From positions 66,340,001 to 66,404,000 of the forward strand of contig OZ320318.1 of NCBI GenBank assembly GCA_976226885.1: a stretch of DNA of 64,000 bases, in the 5' to 3' direction. Both the position numbers and the translations under genes were made by a program. The notes under the pieces were generated by a model. The model was not told the origin of the DNA and made no database searches. It saw only the letters and a list, made by a program, of their open reading frames with translations. This DNA is from Iphione sp. A-MEVVRFRX5. Lineage: Eukaryota. Positions 36,020-47,042 of this stretch are shown piece after piece; the stretch's first letter is position 1, and every line of letters begins with the position of its first letter.

Positions 36020-37711
36020 TGACCCTTTGAGAGATGAGTAGAATGCCTGTTGATCAGGTAGTTGTGTCTCTGCCAGTCTGTCAGGGCTATCCAGACATTC
36101 ATAGCAGAAAATACCTTTTTGAACTTCTACACCATATGCTTTGAGAAACTTGGCATAAGATACACCAGGCATTAAATACTGTGAAATGTCAAGAAACTTC
36201 AACTCACCATTGTCAACAGTTACATAGGTGTTGTTCCATTTTATGACAAATAAACCACTCTCTGTTTTTCTTAGGCGCCTGAGCAATGTGGCCTTCATTA
36301 CATTCAGGTCATACTTCCCTGAATTAAAACCCAACACAGGTAGGGCATTCATGTACTGCTCAAACTTTTCTGTCACTTTCTTCAAGCACTTTATCATGTG
36401 CCTGTGTGAGTCTCTGCATGACACACTTGTGACTCCTTGTTCTTCTTCTTCTTCACTGTCATTGGTGGAATCATAACCTGCTTCCATGTAATCATCTGCT
36501 ACTGCTGCTGCCTCTTCTTCCTTGTGTAGTGCTGTACATTTTTGCTCCTGGCATTGCATTAACCACTCCAAATTTGCTAGCACGCCTCCCCATTTTTGTT
36601 TCACTCTGATGGCTGCAGCTGCTTGTATTCTTTCCAGATAGCTTACTGTGTCATCTATCAATTTCTCAGTGTCCACTGATACAAAACACTCTGCATTCTC
36701 AAATCCAGGGATGTTGCTGCATACGCCTACTGAAATTACTTCATGTTTGTGTATCCACTTTAATTTGAGACAGTCTCCTTCTGGCATTGCTCTTAACATG
36801 GATTCACAATCGAACACGGCAAAATCCTTATACAGTCTATCTTGTTCTGCTACATGTACACCCACTGTCTCCAATTCGTGGAATACTGTTTAGGGGTTTG
36901 AGTGATAGCCACCTTTGTATTTGCACGTTGTTCTCATAGGGCATGCTTTCATATGACGTGTTATATTGAATCTTCTCTTAAAGTATTTTCTACATAGCGC
37001 ACATTCAAATTTGTGTGCATATCTTTCGAAGTCTGTAACAAACAACAGGTGTCCCTCATATATATTTAAGTGCATTGTTCTCCTAAGCCTGTGGAATGGT
37101 TTGTAATGTAATGCTGCAGTCTCTTGCTTTGTCAGCTTGTATATGTAAATGCTTACACCAAAACATTCTTCAAAATCACATAATTGCTCAAATTCTAAAC
37201 CTTCATATACCGATGCATCAACAGGTAATATTAGGCTGTGTTTTCTGGCCATGAACGTTCTCCAGAAGTTGTAATAATCCCGAGCCTTCTCTTCTATTCT
37301 GTGACCTTCACCCTCATGTAGTGCCAAACATCTAAAGGCACACAATTTGTCTGTCACCGGTGTTCCATCACAGTGTTGGTCTAGTAGCACCAAATATGGC
37401 CTATCTTTCAAAAATATCGGTAAAAATCCTCCCCCCCTTCTAGAGGGTATGATGTTCGCCATACAAAGTACACTATATTTGTAATGCCCGCCGACACCCA
37501 CTTTGTGTCTGGTCTGTCTTGAGTGAAATATTTTTCTGGGTTGATGTTTTTTAGAATCGCCACTACCTGTACAGTCAGCCGATTGCCGATCAGTGTTACA
37601 TTTTCTATAATTACGAGGACACCATAAGAGATTGAGACAAACGGCTTTAAGATTTGAAAAGGAGACACTCTTAGCTTTCTGTGGATATATGATATGTGTT
37701 GATACAACCAT
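36020..37711 (-). pseudogene. Family A pPolB N-terminal half (terminal-protein region, zinc finger, exonuclease) (copy A4)
   Basis: DKLCAFRCLALH; MHLNIYEGHL; CALCRKYF..ITRHMKAC; FAVFDCES (ExoI); LPVLGFNSGKYDLN (ExoII); LKFLDISQYL..SYAKFLKAY..KGIFCYE. Breaks after AFYSSLKG. Confidence 0.88.
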
Positions 37712-38269
37712 CAGACGTCATTGTATGTGAGAGATAGGAAGCGGCCAACTTGTTATGTAATTTTCGGCAAGTTCAGGAAGCAACCGACATTAACAAGGTA
37801 GTCTAATAATGATTTAATCCAATTTAGAAAGTCAGTAGCCGACACTGTTGACAAGAACAATCTTGTTTGTTTACATCCTTATCTGGGTCAGGCCTGATAA
37901 CGATTTAATCCCCCCTATACAGGCCCTCATGCAGCACACATGCACAATCTCCCATTGAAATTCTGCATATTGATTCCCTTTCCTATTCTTTTATAGAAAA
38001 ATTGTGACCAACATATTGATTCCATACATTTGCAAACATGAGAAGGGAAAAACCCACGAGTGTTTAGGATGTTTTCTGATATATTTTTAAAGATTGTAGA
38101 AAATCGAAGTGTTTTAGTTTACCACACAAAACCTACCCATGGGAAATGAACAGATGTGCCAAGATCAGTGAAAAGGAAGATCAATGAAAATTGTGAAATC
38201 CTCGATTTAGACACTTATGTGGAAACTTTTATCTCAATGTAGGTAAACATCAGTGATTTATCTGACAAC

Positions 38270-38665
38270 CACTCATACAATCGGCCGCTTTCTAATTGGT
38301 GAATCTGCTTGCCATTCTAGGCCAATTACAATAGAGATAGAGACAAACAAATTACAGATCTGAAAAGAGCAGACTCTCAGCATTCTGTGGAATTTTGAAT
38401 CATTCAAATTGAATGATTAGAAGTGGTCTTTCTGCCCACTTTAGTAGACCCACCCTAAACTGAAACTTTACTATCTGCCGCTCATACAACCAGCCACTTT
38501 CCAATTGGCGAATCTGCTCACCATCCTAGGCCAGTTATAATAGAGATAGAGACTAAACAAAATACAGATCGCAAAGAGACTTTCAGCATTCTGTGGAATT
38601 TTGAATCATTCAAATCGGATAAATAGAAGTGGTCTTTCTGTCCACTTTACTACACCTACCCTGAA
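38270..38665 (+). repeat. Two tandem units of a ~205-bp repeat
   Basis: Repeated CTCATACAA..AATTGG(T/C)GAATCTGCT..CTAGGCCA..AATAGAGATAGAGAC..CAGCATTCTGTGGAATTTTGAATCATTCAAAT..AGAAGTGGTCTTTCTG.CCACTTTA. Confidence 0.85.
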
Positions 38666-39008
38666 ACACTGCTACCCTGATGGCCTCTATGCAATGAAAC
38701 ATGACTGATATTTTCAAAAAAATCTTTATATAACATAAATGCTGCACACTCTGTTTTCAAAGAGTAGAAAAGATTACATATCATGTATAATTGGTTCTCA
38801 ATTACATATGTCTGAAAAATGTTCATCTATAAAAACACTGTACTACACTACAGGTTAGATGTTATGATAAAATCCATTTTGCTTGGATAAGAATTGCTCC
38901 AAGTATTGTTCATCTTGTTACAAAGGTACACAGGTAGGAACTATGAAAAACAAAGAAAAAAAAGAAAAAAATATACTTAAGATGCTACATGATCCATCAA
39001 ATGTCTTT

Positions 39009-39961
39009 TTACTTTCTTTGCTTCTTAACATGTCCCTTGACTGATATTGACAATCTCTTTCGACCTGACATCCTTGGAGCCTTTGCAACAGACCTCCTTT
39101 GAGGTGAATAAGGGCCTGGTCGGCGTTTTCCTACTGTACATCTTGCCACTTTTCCTCTCTGATATCGTCTTGGTGGTGACATTGGAGGAGGTGTAGGTGG
39201 TTAAGTTGGAGGTGGTGGTCATACTAGTGGTGACAGTGAGGGTGGTGGTCGAGACTGAGACGGTGGTCATACTGGTTGTGACTGTGGTGGAGGTGGTCGT
39301 GCTGGAGGTGGATAAATGTCCATATCTTCCTCTTCACCAGGGGGAGGATGGACCTCTGCATTAACCAGAGGGGGAGTGTCTGATATATCTGAGCTCATAA
39401 TGCTGAAGCTGTCATGGGTAGTATCAGTGAGCATAGGGATCTGTTTCATAGGTAAATCCAATGACACATTTCTCCTTCTCCTCACAAAGATGCCTGTCAC
39501 TGTAATACTCAATAAAATACATAGTCTTATCGCACCTGAAGTAGATAGTGCTATTGTTACTGTGGGTGTAGATGAATCCACTGATCTATTCTTGTTCCTA
39601 TGCTCAAACTGTGCTGTTCCATTCCTGTCATCTAATCCATGTGTAGGTATCATGGTTACAGTGTGCAGGGAAGAAGTGCAGGAGTTCTGTATAATCCTAG
39701 ATAATAGGAATCTCAAGAAAGAACAGTTCAATGGATTGTCCCTCAGGTCCACTGTTCTAAATGTGATCCTGTCCATAGGAGGTAGAGTGGATATCCTGTT
39801 GTTCCTTAAATCCAATTAGTGACACCCCCTCACACCAATGGAAGGTGATTCTTCCCATTACATATTATCCATCTTCTTTGAGGGATGCACTCACAAACAG
39901 CACACTTGAATCCAGATACTCCACTGATGGAGAGAGCAAGGAAAATTAAAGCAATCAACAT
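39009..39961 (-). pseudogene. Intronless mini-LRR type I membrane protein 2 with Pro-rich tail
   Basis: Signal MLIALIFLALSISGVSG; LRRNT CAVCECIP..IIC; LDLRNNRISTLP and VDLRDNPLNC repeats; TM ALSTSGAIRLCILLSITVTGIFV followed by RRRR. The PPxP-rich tail runs to TAA at 39009 through CGA>TGA and CAA>TAA-type stops. Confidence 0.7.
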
Positions 39962-40038
39962 GATGATACTTTCACTATGAGTATGCAGTTTCCCCTTCAA
40001 TTATTTACCTAAAAACATCCTGCCTCTGCCAAACTGGA

Positions 40039-40693
40039 TCAGATACTGCAAGGGTGTAGAGGAAAACGTCCTAGCCCTTCTCCACCCTTGTATGTAGTGC
40101 TATATGTCTGTTGTAGTGGGCTTGTAAATTTCATTGACATTTCAAGTCTCTTTTTTCCTTTGGCACATTTCTTCTTCCATAAAAGAATTGTAAGGATCAT
40201 GATGCAAATACTACCCAAAATGATTAGAGGAACTATCCAAGCAAGCCAAATGTGATTCATACTCATAACAGAACTCCCACTTGTGCTATTCAGTGCCATG
40301 GTTACATTCCATGTTGGATTAGGCACTGTAGTCACAGAGAAATCACACTGCATATTTCATGACATTTTTACCTTAATCTATAAGTCATTATTTGTCACAT
40401 TCACAATCAGTTAGGTGTCTATTGTCCATGATGTTTCGTTCCTCCAAGTCAGTCCATGTTAATAAGGAGAGGCTGTGTAAACTGTGGATATTAGTATTTT
40501 GTATGGTTAAAATCCTTTTGGACCGATGGGTGGAGATTGGAAATTGTGGCAATATGACAACTTGAGATCCCATGCAGTAAACGTTTTCACCATCAGCAGA
40601 GCAGTGGCATACATCTGGGTCACCACATAAGATCCAGTTGGATTCAACTAATGCAACAATGGATAACATCAAAATCATTTTCACAAAAGCCAT
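40039..40693 (-). pseudogene. Intronless mini-LRR type I membrane protein 1
   Basis: Signal MAFVKMILMLSIVALVES; LRRNT CGDPDVCHCSADGENVYC; LTIQNTNIHSL and NIMDNRHLTDC repeats; Ser/Thr stalk with N-glycosylation sequons; TM IWLAWIVPLIILGSICIMILTILLW followed by KKK. Stops and a frameshift at 40388-40353. Confidence 0.7.
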
Positions 40694-41019
40694 CCTACCT
40701 TTTCAGTCCACCACGAGGAAAGAAATGGGTGAGGAACATAGGGATGCATTTTGTCTCAGTGGTCAAGTATAGTTTTCGTATTAGAGTTCAAGCACACCTC
40801 TTATGTGGATATGATGCGCTTGGTCTTCCATAGAGCACATTCTCTCCAGGACAAAGCGTCTCAATTCTGCTACTGACCTTTGGTCACTTACATAACAGCA
40901 TGAACGCATCTCTAGGTGACTGCTGGACCCAATTACTCCCTGCCTCCTGACACTACCCTGTCGACTGCTTTCCAGTCGGCGATACGTTTTATTTTTTTAT
41001 GAGCGTCCTGTTAAATATA

Positions 41020-41520
41020 AAGACAGATTTGAAATGGGTAGACCTTCAGCAATTTAATGGTGGTTGAATAATCCAAATCGGATAATTAGAAGATATCATA
41101 TCCATCACTTTAGTACACCTACTGTCAAACCCATTATCTGGTCAGCAGCTTCCGTGCTGGCCGCATCCAAATTGGCGATTATGCTTGCCAATTTTAGACA
41201 GTTAGAATCAATATAGAGAAAAACGAATTTCAGATTTGAAATGCCCAGACCTTCAGCTTTTTGCACATATAAAATATATGTAGATGTAATTAATAGAAGA
41301 TGTCTTTCTGCTTACTTTAGTAGACCTCCCCTCAAACATACATTATGCCACTTGTACAGTTGGCCGTTTTAAGATTGGTGATTATGCTTGCCAAAATGAA
41401 GCATTGATAATGCGATTACATCAAAACCATTACATTTCTGAAAAGAGTAGACCCTCAGCTTTTTGCGGAACTTTGAATTGTTTAGATTGGACAATTAGAG
41501 TCAGAGTAGTGGTCTGGTTT
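41020..41520 (+). repeat. About 2.5 diverged units of the same ~205-bp repeat family as 38270-38665
   Basis: Recurring CAGATTTGAAA..AGACC(T/C)TCAGC, TAGAAGA..ACTTTAGTA(C/G)ACCT and ATTGG(C/T)GATTATGCTTGCCAA. Confidence 0.7.
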
Positions 41521-41541
41521 CTACAACCACCGACACCACGT

Positions 41542-41942
41542 TGTAAATTTCGTCACCCGCTCCAGCAAAAGGGACTCATTCCCAGGTGCTTGCTAAGCTC
41601 TCTTAGCTTAGGAGTCCAAAGGAGTAATGCCACACAGGTTGCAAAGTTCAGACTGATTTTATTCATGAAAACTTCTGCCTTATATACTACACAGTTGCAT
41701 AAACGTTTTATATAAGGGGACAACGATCATCCATTGTTCTCTATGAATTGAATAAGAGGGCAGCATCCACCATTGTCTTTCGGTGTCACATGTGTATCAC
41801 ATGTGCTTCTAGAATGTTCTAGAAGGGACACGTTATACAACAATACCGAGGACATGGTGTACCTAGCGCTATCAGTATCAGTGGATGATCCTCCCCTGCC
41901 CTTATCTGTCTCTCTCTCCAGGTACTAACGTCATTCTCTACA
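41542..41942 (-). mobile_element. 3' LTR (401 bp) of a Gypsy-type retroelement
   Basis: On the minus strand it begins TGTAGA, directly after the polypurine tract AAGGGGGGGAGGAA (41943-41956), and ends TTTACA. Contains TATATAA and AATAAA. Confidence 0.85.
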
Positions 41943-42113
41943 TTCCTCCCCCCCTTAAGTTTGATACCTTGAGAGCAAGGGGAGAACTATGATCAACACT
42001 ATTAAAGACTACCACCAATGATTACCACCAATAACTGCAAAAGATACTACAACATGACAATGATCACCACAGACTACCATAAAAAAGAGTACATGTACTA
42101 CGACATAGAATTA

Positions 42114-43898
42114 CTACTGAGTTAAGCTCTGTAAGATATTTTGGTATGGAAGAAATGCAGCATCTTCAGTAGTAGTTGTAATATGTGGCCGCTTTGTCTT
42201 GTTCTGCAATTTCTGCCTCCTCTTGTACCAAATTAGGACTATAAGTACGATAATTACAATAATAACAATTACCAATGCAGTGATCGAAACATAATTGGAA
42301 GGTTTCCCCAAATTTTGAATTTTGTTATCCAAGATGGCATTACAACATCCTCCCACTGAGTGATGTCCACCATTGGGACATCCACTCGCTTCTTATATTT
42401 TAAAGCCCTAATCAAGTCCGGATGTACAACTTGCGGCCAAGTTATATTAAGATGCGGAGGACGGCGGAAGACCGGAGAGGGTAAGTGAAAGGTACTCTGT
42501 CCCCCGTCAATACCATGGATCCTCCACAGCCCTGCCTAGAGTAAACAACTCTCTGGTACCTGTACCTGCTGTGGCCCCGTGATAGTCCAGTGGCATGCAG
42601 TTTGCCCAGGGCACCGCAGCGTTACTTCAGTGGACACATAGGCCACAACAATTACAACATCGTTCTTGTCTAATATCGGGTACAGTCTCACGGTTTCATT
42701 CTGCCTGTCCGCAATGGCCACACTACAGCCTGTTGTAATGCGTCCAGTAATTAACGAAGACTCACAGGAACGTCCAATACTCTCCTGAGTCGGCCCGCAC
42801 ACAGCGGGGTTCGTCCCAGCACAATGGGTGGGCTCCAAGGTCGTCCCAGAAGTGGTATCAACTGCCACTTCATTTAATCCAACCAAACGACGAAGATGGT
42901 TTCTTCCAAAAGGGATGTCGAAATACTCTAATGCAAAATGCAGGTACCTGTCCTTTGTTAGTGCTGGTATCACTACCCGAAATGCGAGTTCCCCCTGGGA
43001 CTCCCACATCGGTGTCACCCACACATTCTCATAATACCATTCGTGGAGAAGGCAATGGTGTCCTTCTTGATGGATTTGGGTCAGGACTTGGTAGAGGTAG
43101 GAAGGGGGTAGTATGTCCTCAGTCAACCATCCCCGTTCCAGCTGTAGCCTCTGCTGATGGTAGATCTGAGCTTGGACACGGTAGTCGTGAACAGCCATCT
43201 CCATTTGGCGAACGCTCATATCTACCAAACGTTGTATCGCGATTCTCCCTAAGTGCCAGCTCAATACCTGGGTCTGCCTTGCATTTTTCTCTGCACTCTC
43301 ACATAGCTTGACCATGTCTTGTTGCACTCTTTGTATGTCCATACAGTTTTCCTGTATGAACCTTCTGGTCTGGTTCATGACAGTTAGCATGTGTCATCTT
43401 TCATGACAGATGGCTGCCCTTTCTCGTCAGATTTGGTCAACAGCACGACGGAGAGTCTCCACCTCCTCTTCAGTGGTGGTCCCAGACAAAGTCTTACTCA
43501 ACTTCCCCACAAAGTCGAGCAAGCCTCACCTCGCATGGTGGGGGTGGCCATTGGGGGGTAGCCACCCTTGTGTGGTTGGCAGAGTCATGTAGTCGGACAT
43601 CTGACTGAGGCAGCACTTCACGTCGCTTATCCAGTGCATCTACCTGGTGGAACCATAGTTCCTTGTCGGTAGCAGCCACCTAATCTCCGGCTCTGACCAC
43701 TCCTTCTTTCAGTTCTGCAGCCCAGCTACTTGTATCCGGTCTCCTGGGGGGATGAATCAAGACTACGACTGTCCACAAACCAGCTACAGTCCTCACTGGT
43801 CCCTTCTCCTTGATCAAAACTCTGTCATCTGAAAATAAATCTGCTGTGACAGCGGCAAAAAGTATCACACACAAAACAAATGTACCGTAGGGATGCAT
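42114..43898 (-). pseudogene. Envelope/fusion glycoprotein gene (errantivirus env / baculovirus F-like) of the Gypsy element
   Basis: Signal MHPYGTFVLCVILFAAVTA; heptad region; LTEDILPPSYLYQVL; FRVVIP; Cys pattern C..C..C..C; TM ITALVIVIIVIIVLIVLIWY followed by KRR. Located between integrase and the PPT/LTR. Deletion near 43400-43490. Confidence 0.7.
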
Positions 43899-44086
43899 TG
43901 TCGCTTGGCCTCTTCTTGTTCCTCCTCAGTGGGGCCTCGTTTTGACCTTAATGTTGGCCCAAGGCTTCGCTCAACCTTGGAGGGGGCAACTTGTTCCTCC
44001 TCGTCTGTGGGACCCCACTTTGATCGCAATGTTGGCCCGAGCCTTCATTCCACTTTCGAGGGTGTAACTTGTTCTTCTAGGCTAGG

Positions 44087-44870
44087 TCACCTTTTTGACC
44101 GTAGTGTAGGTCTGAGCCTCCTCTCAAGCTTGGCTGGTGACTCATCGCTATCAGCCAGGGCTGGTCTTTTTTTAGCCCACGTGGGCAGAGTATCGGGATC
44201 ATGACCTCTTGCTCTGATTGGCGGTGGCTGATCGGGTGATCTGTGAGTCCCTGCACGTGCTGGTTGTCTACGCAGCAACGGTGCCCTTTGAGCTTGGGTC
44301 AGGTGTGGGCGGACATCATCCCACTCGATATCATCCGGAACCAGCTTTACCTTATCCCGATTTAGTACCCTCCGCTGATTCCTGGGGCCCAGGACGGTGA
44401 TAACGGGACCTCGGATCCACGTTATGACAAAGCCGTGGTCCCATTTAGGGTCCAAAGGAGAGCTCTCCTGGGCCATCACTACAACATGGTCACCTACCTC
44501 TAGGTCATTGGTGTTAGTGCGCTTTACTAGACGGTCCCTGTTGTAGTGGCGACTCTCCTCTGTTCTATGGGCAGCTTCCTGGAAGGCGAGGCTGAGGTTG
44601 TCTATACATGTTGCCAAGATGTCGGACTCAGTCCCTTCCACTCTTGTCAGAAGTCGGTTAAAAGGCACTAAGGGTTTGCGGCCAAAGGTGAGGAAATATG
44701 GCGTGTATCCTGTAACCACTGACTTACTAACCCGGTGTGCCCACAAGGCAGGACCTAGACAGTCCTTCCACTCATTTCCTCAAGTGTTCACCAACTTCCG
44801 GATGATGTCTTTTAAGGTTCAGTGGAACCGTTCCACCTTACCATTGGTTTCTAGATGGTATGACATCATG
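44087..44870 (-). pseudogene. Gypsy-type integrase, C-terminal half
   Basis: SYHLETNGKVERFH*TLKDII; WKDCLGPALWAHR..TGYTPYFLTFGRKP; LEVGDHVVV..LDPKWD.GF. gag, protease, RT and RNase H are absent: the element is cut at a 19-nt A/T run at 44875-44893. Confidence 0.9.
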
Positions 44871-45222
44871 AATCTTTTTTTTTTTTTTTTTTTCAGTCAT
44901 ATAAACACGTGTTCAATACATATATATCCAAGAGTGTTATTTCAGTGGGATACTTATTATGTAAAACATTTTGTATCCAAGAGGATTTTTTATTCAGGAC
45001 CTGATGTAACTATAAACCTAGTGATATATATATGATTTCATTGCATACAAATCTATATATGATTGTTTAGTTATATCAATAATGATCATGATCCGATATG
45101 TGATTATTATTTTGTAGTTCTTATATATTTTGTGGTACTCACAATAACATATAGATCCATCAGTATTAGAGATATATAATAAAATTTCATTTGACGTTAT
45201 GATCTTCTTACTTTGTGAGTTT

Positions 45223-46574
45223 TTACATTCTCATCAACATGTCATAATCTCTCTCATATACTAGTGACATAAAGAACTCTGCCAGACGTTTACCTCTGAT
45301 TAGTACACTCCTACATAGTTTCCTACTAATCAGGATATTGCCATCGTCTTTGATATTGGTATCACCTGTGTATATATTGTACATGCATCTACTGTCTTCT
45401 AGTAAACGGGTAATTGATATTCTAATGAGGGCTGCATGCAATGCCCTTTCGTCAATCTCACTTGGAAGTTCTACACAACCTGGTGTATGCGCTGCTTGAC
45501 TATCTGAGTTGGTTTCACAACCTTTACACCAATCAGTTATTCTAGCTTTGTATTCCATCCTTAATATATAACCAAATGATCTCTCTACTATCTCCAAGAT
45601 AGTAATCTCAGACAAATGTTCTGTTGGAAAAGTTATTACTTGATCTTCATTCTGTTTGTTCGTAGCCTCAGCCACACAAAAGTCTTTAGATATATATATG
45701 TCATCACTCCGAATAGTACCCCCATCACCAGCTGTCGACTCTAGGACATATCGATACCTCTTATGCTTGATGATCTTGTTGCTGTCTGCGTCGACGTCCA
45801 CCTTCGTCTTTTTGTGAGCTGTGCCTTCATCGTTATGAGCTGCTGTGTCGTCATCATCATCATCGTTGTTGTCGGTTGGTGCAGTCTTCCTCTTGTTTTT
45901 TCTGATACGTGTGATTGTCTCAGTACATTCCTTTATGGTCATATTGAAACAGTCGTAACTGAAATTTAAGTAAATAACTATGAAAGGGATAATATTACAT
46001 ATTAATTATATAATGTGTGCATTGGTGTGTATGGGTTGATACATGAATTGATAATAGATAATACAGTCCCAAATTGTTAATGTGTATACAAAAAAAAATC
46101 CAAACAATGAAATAGGACTCGCTAAAAAAAAAAAAGGAACAAAATTAAACCATAACCGTCATCGCCACATTATCACATATTAATTATACTATGTATACAT
46201 TGGTATATATGAATTAAAACATGAATTGCAATTCTCTTGCTTCTTAACCTATTTGTTATATATAAATAATCGTGTCTAGTGGATTGAAGAGGTGTAATGT
46301 ATACTTACTTTATTCTGTCTCCATTACTGTTTTCCTTTGCAAAGCAAACGTATTGTTTTCCTGCAAATTCCTTCCTTTCGATTGCCCATATTTTCTCCTC
46401 TAAATTCTCCATTAATCTCTCGCCTTTCTGAATTTTTTTCCAGCCTTTGTCTGCAATTTCGAATAATTTTCTGCTTACTTTTAGCCTCCTTAATGTTTCT
46501 GTTCCTCTTTTTCTCTCGATGTTTACTGAGTCATCTGAGATTTGTATATGGATATTATTCAAAATTGCTTCCAT
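45223..46574 (-). CDS. Intact two-exon orphan gene (~333 aa); paralog of 23849-24436
   Basis: CCACCATGG Kozak start at 46574. Exon 46574-46309, GTAAGT..TTTCAG intron 46308-45959, exon 45958-45223, splicing in frame (DRI-N-YDCFNM). TATATAA about 60 bp upstream. Basic and acidic stretches and the WCKGCE..SQ..H.PGC motif. Confidence 0.75.
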
Positions 46575-46823
46575 GGTGGATCTCTTTATGTGATACTGTT
46601 GACTTGCTGTATTTCTCTGTTGCATTGAATAACTTATATATAACATATATTTTTGGTGGGTGCTATCATCGTTAATCACTTGAAACGCCTACTCTGTGAC
46701 GCCTCCTCATTGTGTTCATTTTATCATATTAATCTATCTGTTTGGTAATCGCCTCATGTCTAATTCCTGAGTGTTATATCATCTCTAATCGTTCATATAT
46801 TATGTCTTACGACATATTTGTGT

Positions 46824-46954
46824 CATGTGGTTGATCATGTGATGAACATGTGAATGTTGATCTGACCTGTCATGTGATTTTTTTAGTGGCCTTGACCTGT
46901 CGCATGAGATGTCATGTGACTATTGACCCCTATCACCTGACTTCCAGTCATGTG
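46824..46954 (-). promoter_or_regulatory. Cluster of six CATGTG E-boxes upstream of the orphan gene
   Basis: CATGTG at 46824, 46836, 46847, 46871, 46913 and 46949, two of them as GTCATGTGAC. TGACCT half-sites at 46863 and 46893. Confidence 0.5.
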
Positions 46955-47042
46955 ACCCAAACCTGTGCCTAATGGTCACTCACTATACACTACTGCACTG
47001 AGGCAGAATCGCTGCAAGTAAAGGTATGAAGTAACACTTGCA

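Noticed and set aside
23460-36130. A4 and A3 as two halves of one polymerase split by a 12.5-kb insertion
   Set aside because: Their overlapping ~35 codons differ at many synonymous positions, so they come from different elements.
39025-39270. Thr-rich mucin-like ORF
   Set aside because: Off-frame reading of the Pro-rich tail of LRR gene 2. The CCA-rich frame continues the upstream protein once three C>T-type stops are allowed.
41520-41541. TGGTGTCGG after the LTR as a primer-binding site
   Set aside because: The LTR is preceded by env and a PPT, so it is the 3' LTR. The motif does not extend into a tRNA 3' complement I can identify.
44875-44893. A19 run as the poly(A) tail of a retroposed orphan mRNA
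   Set aside because: The orphan gene keeps its intron and no poly(A) signal lies within about 30 nt of the run.
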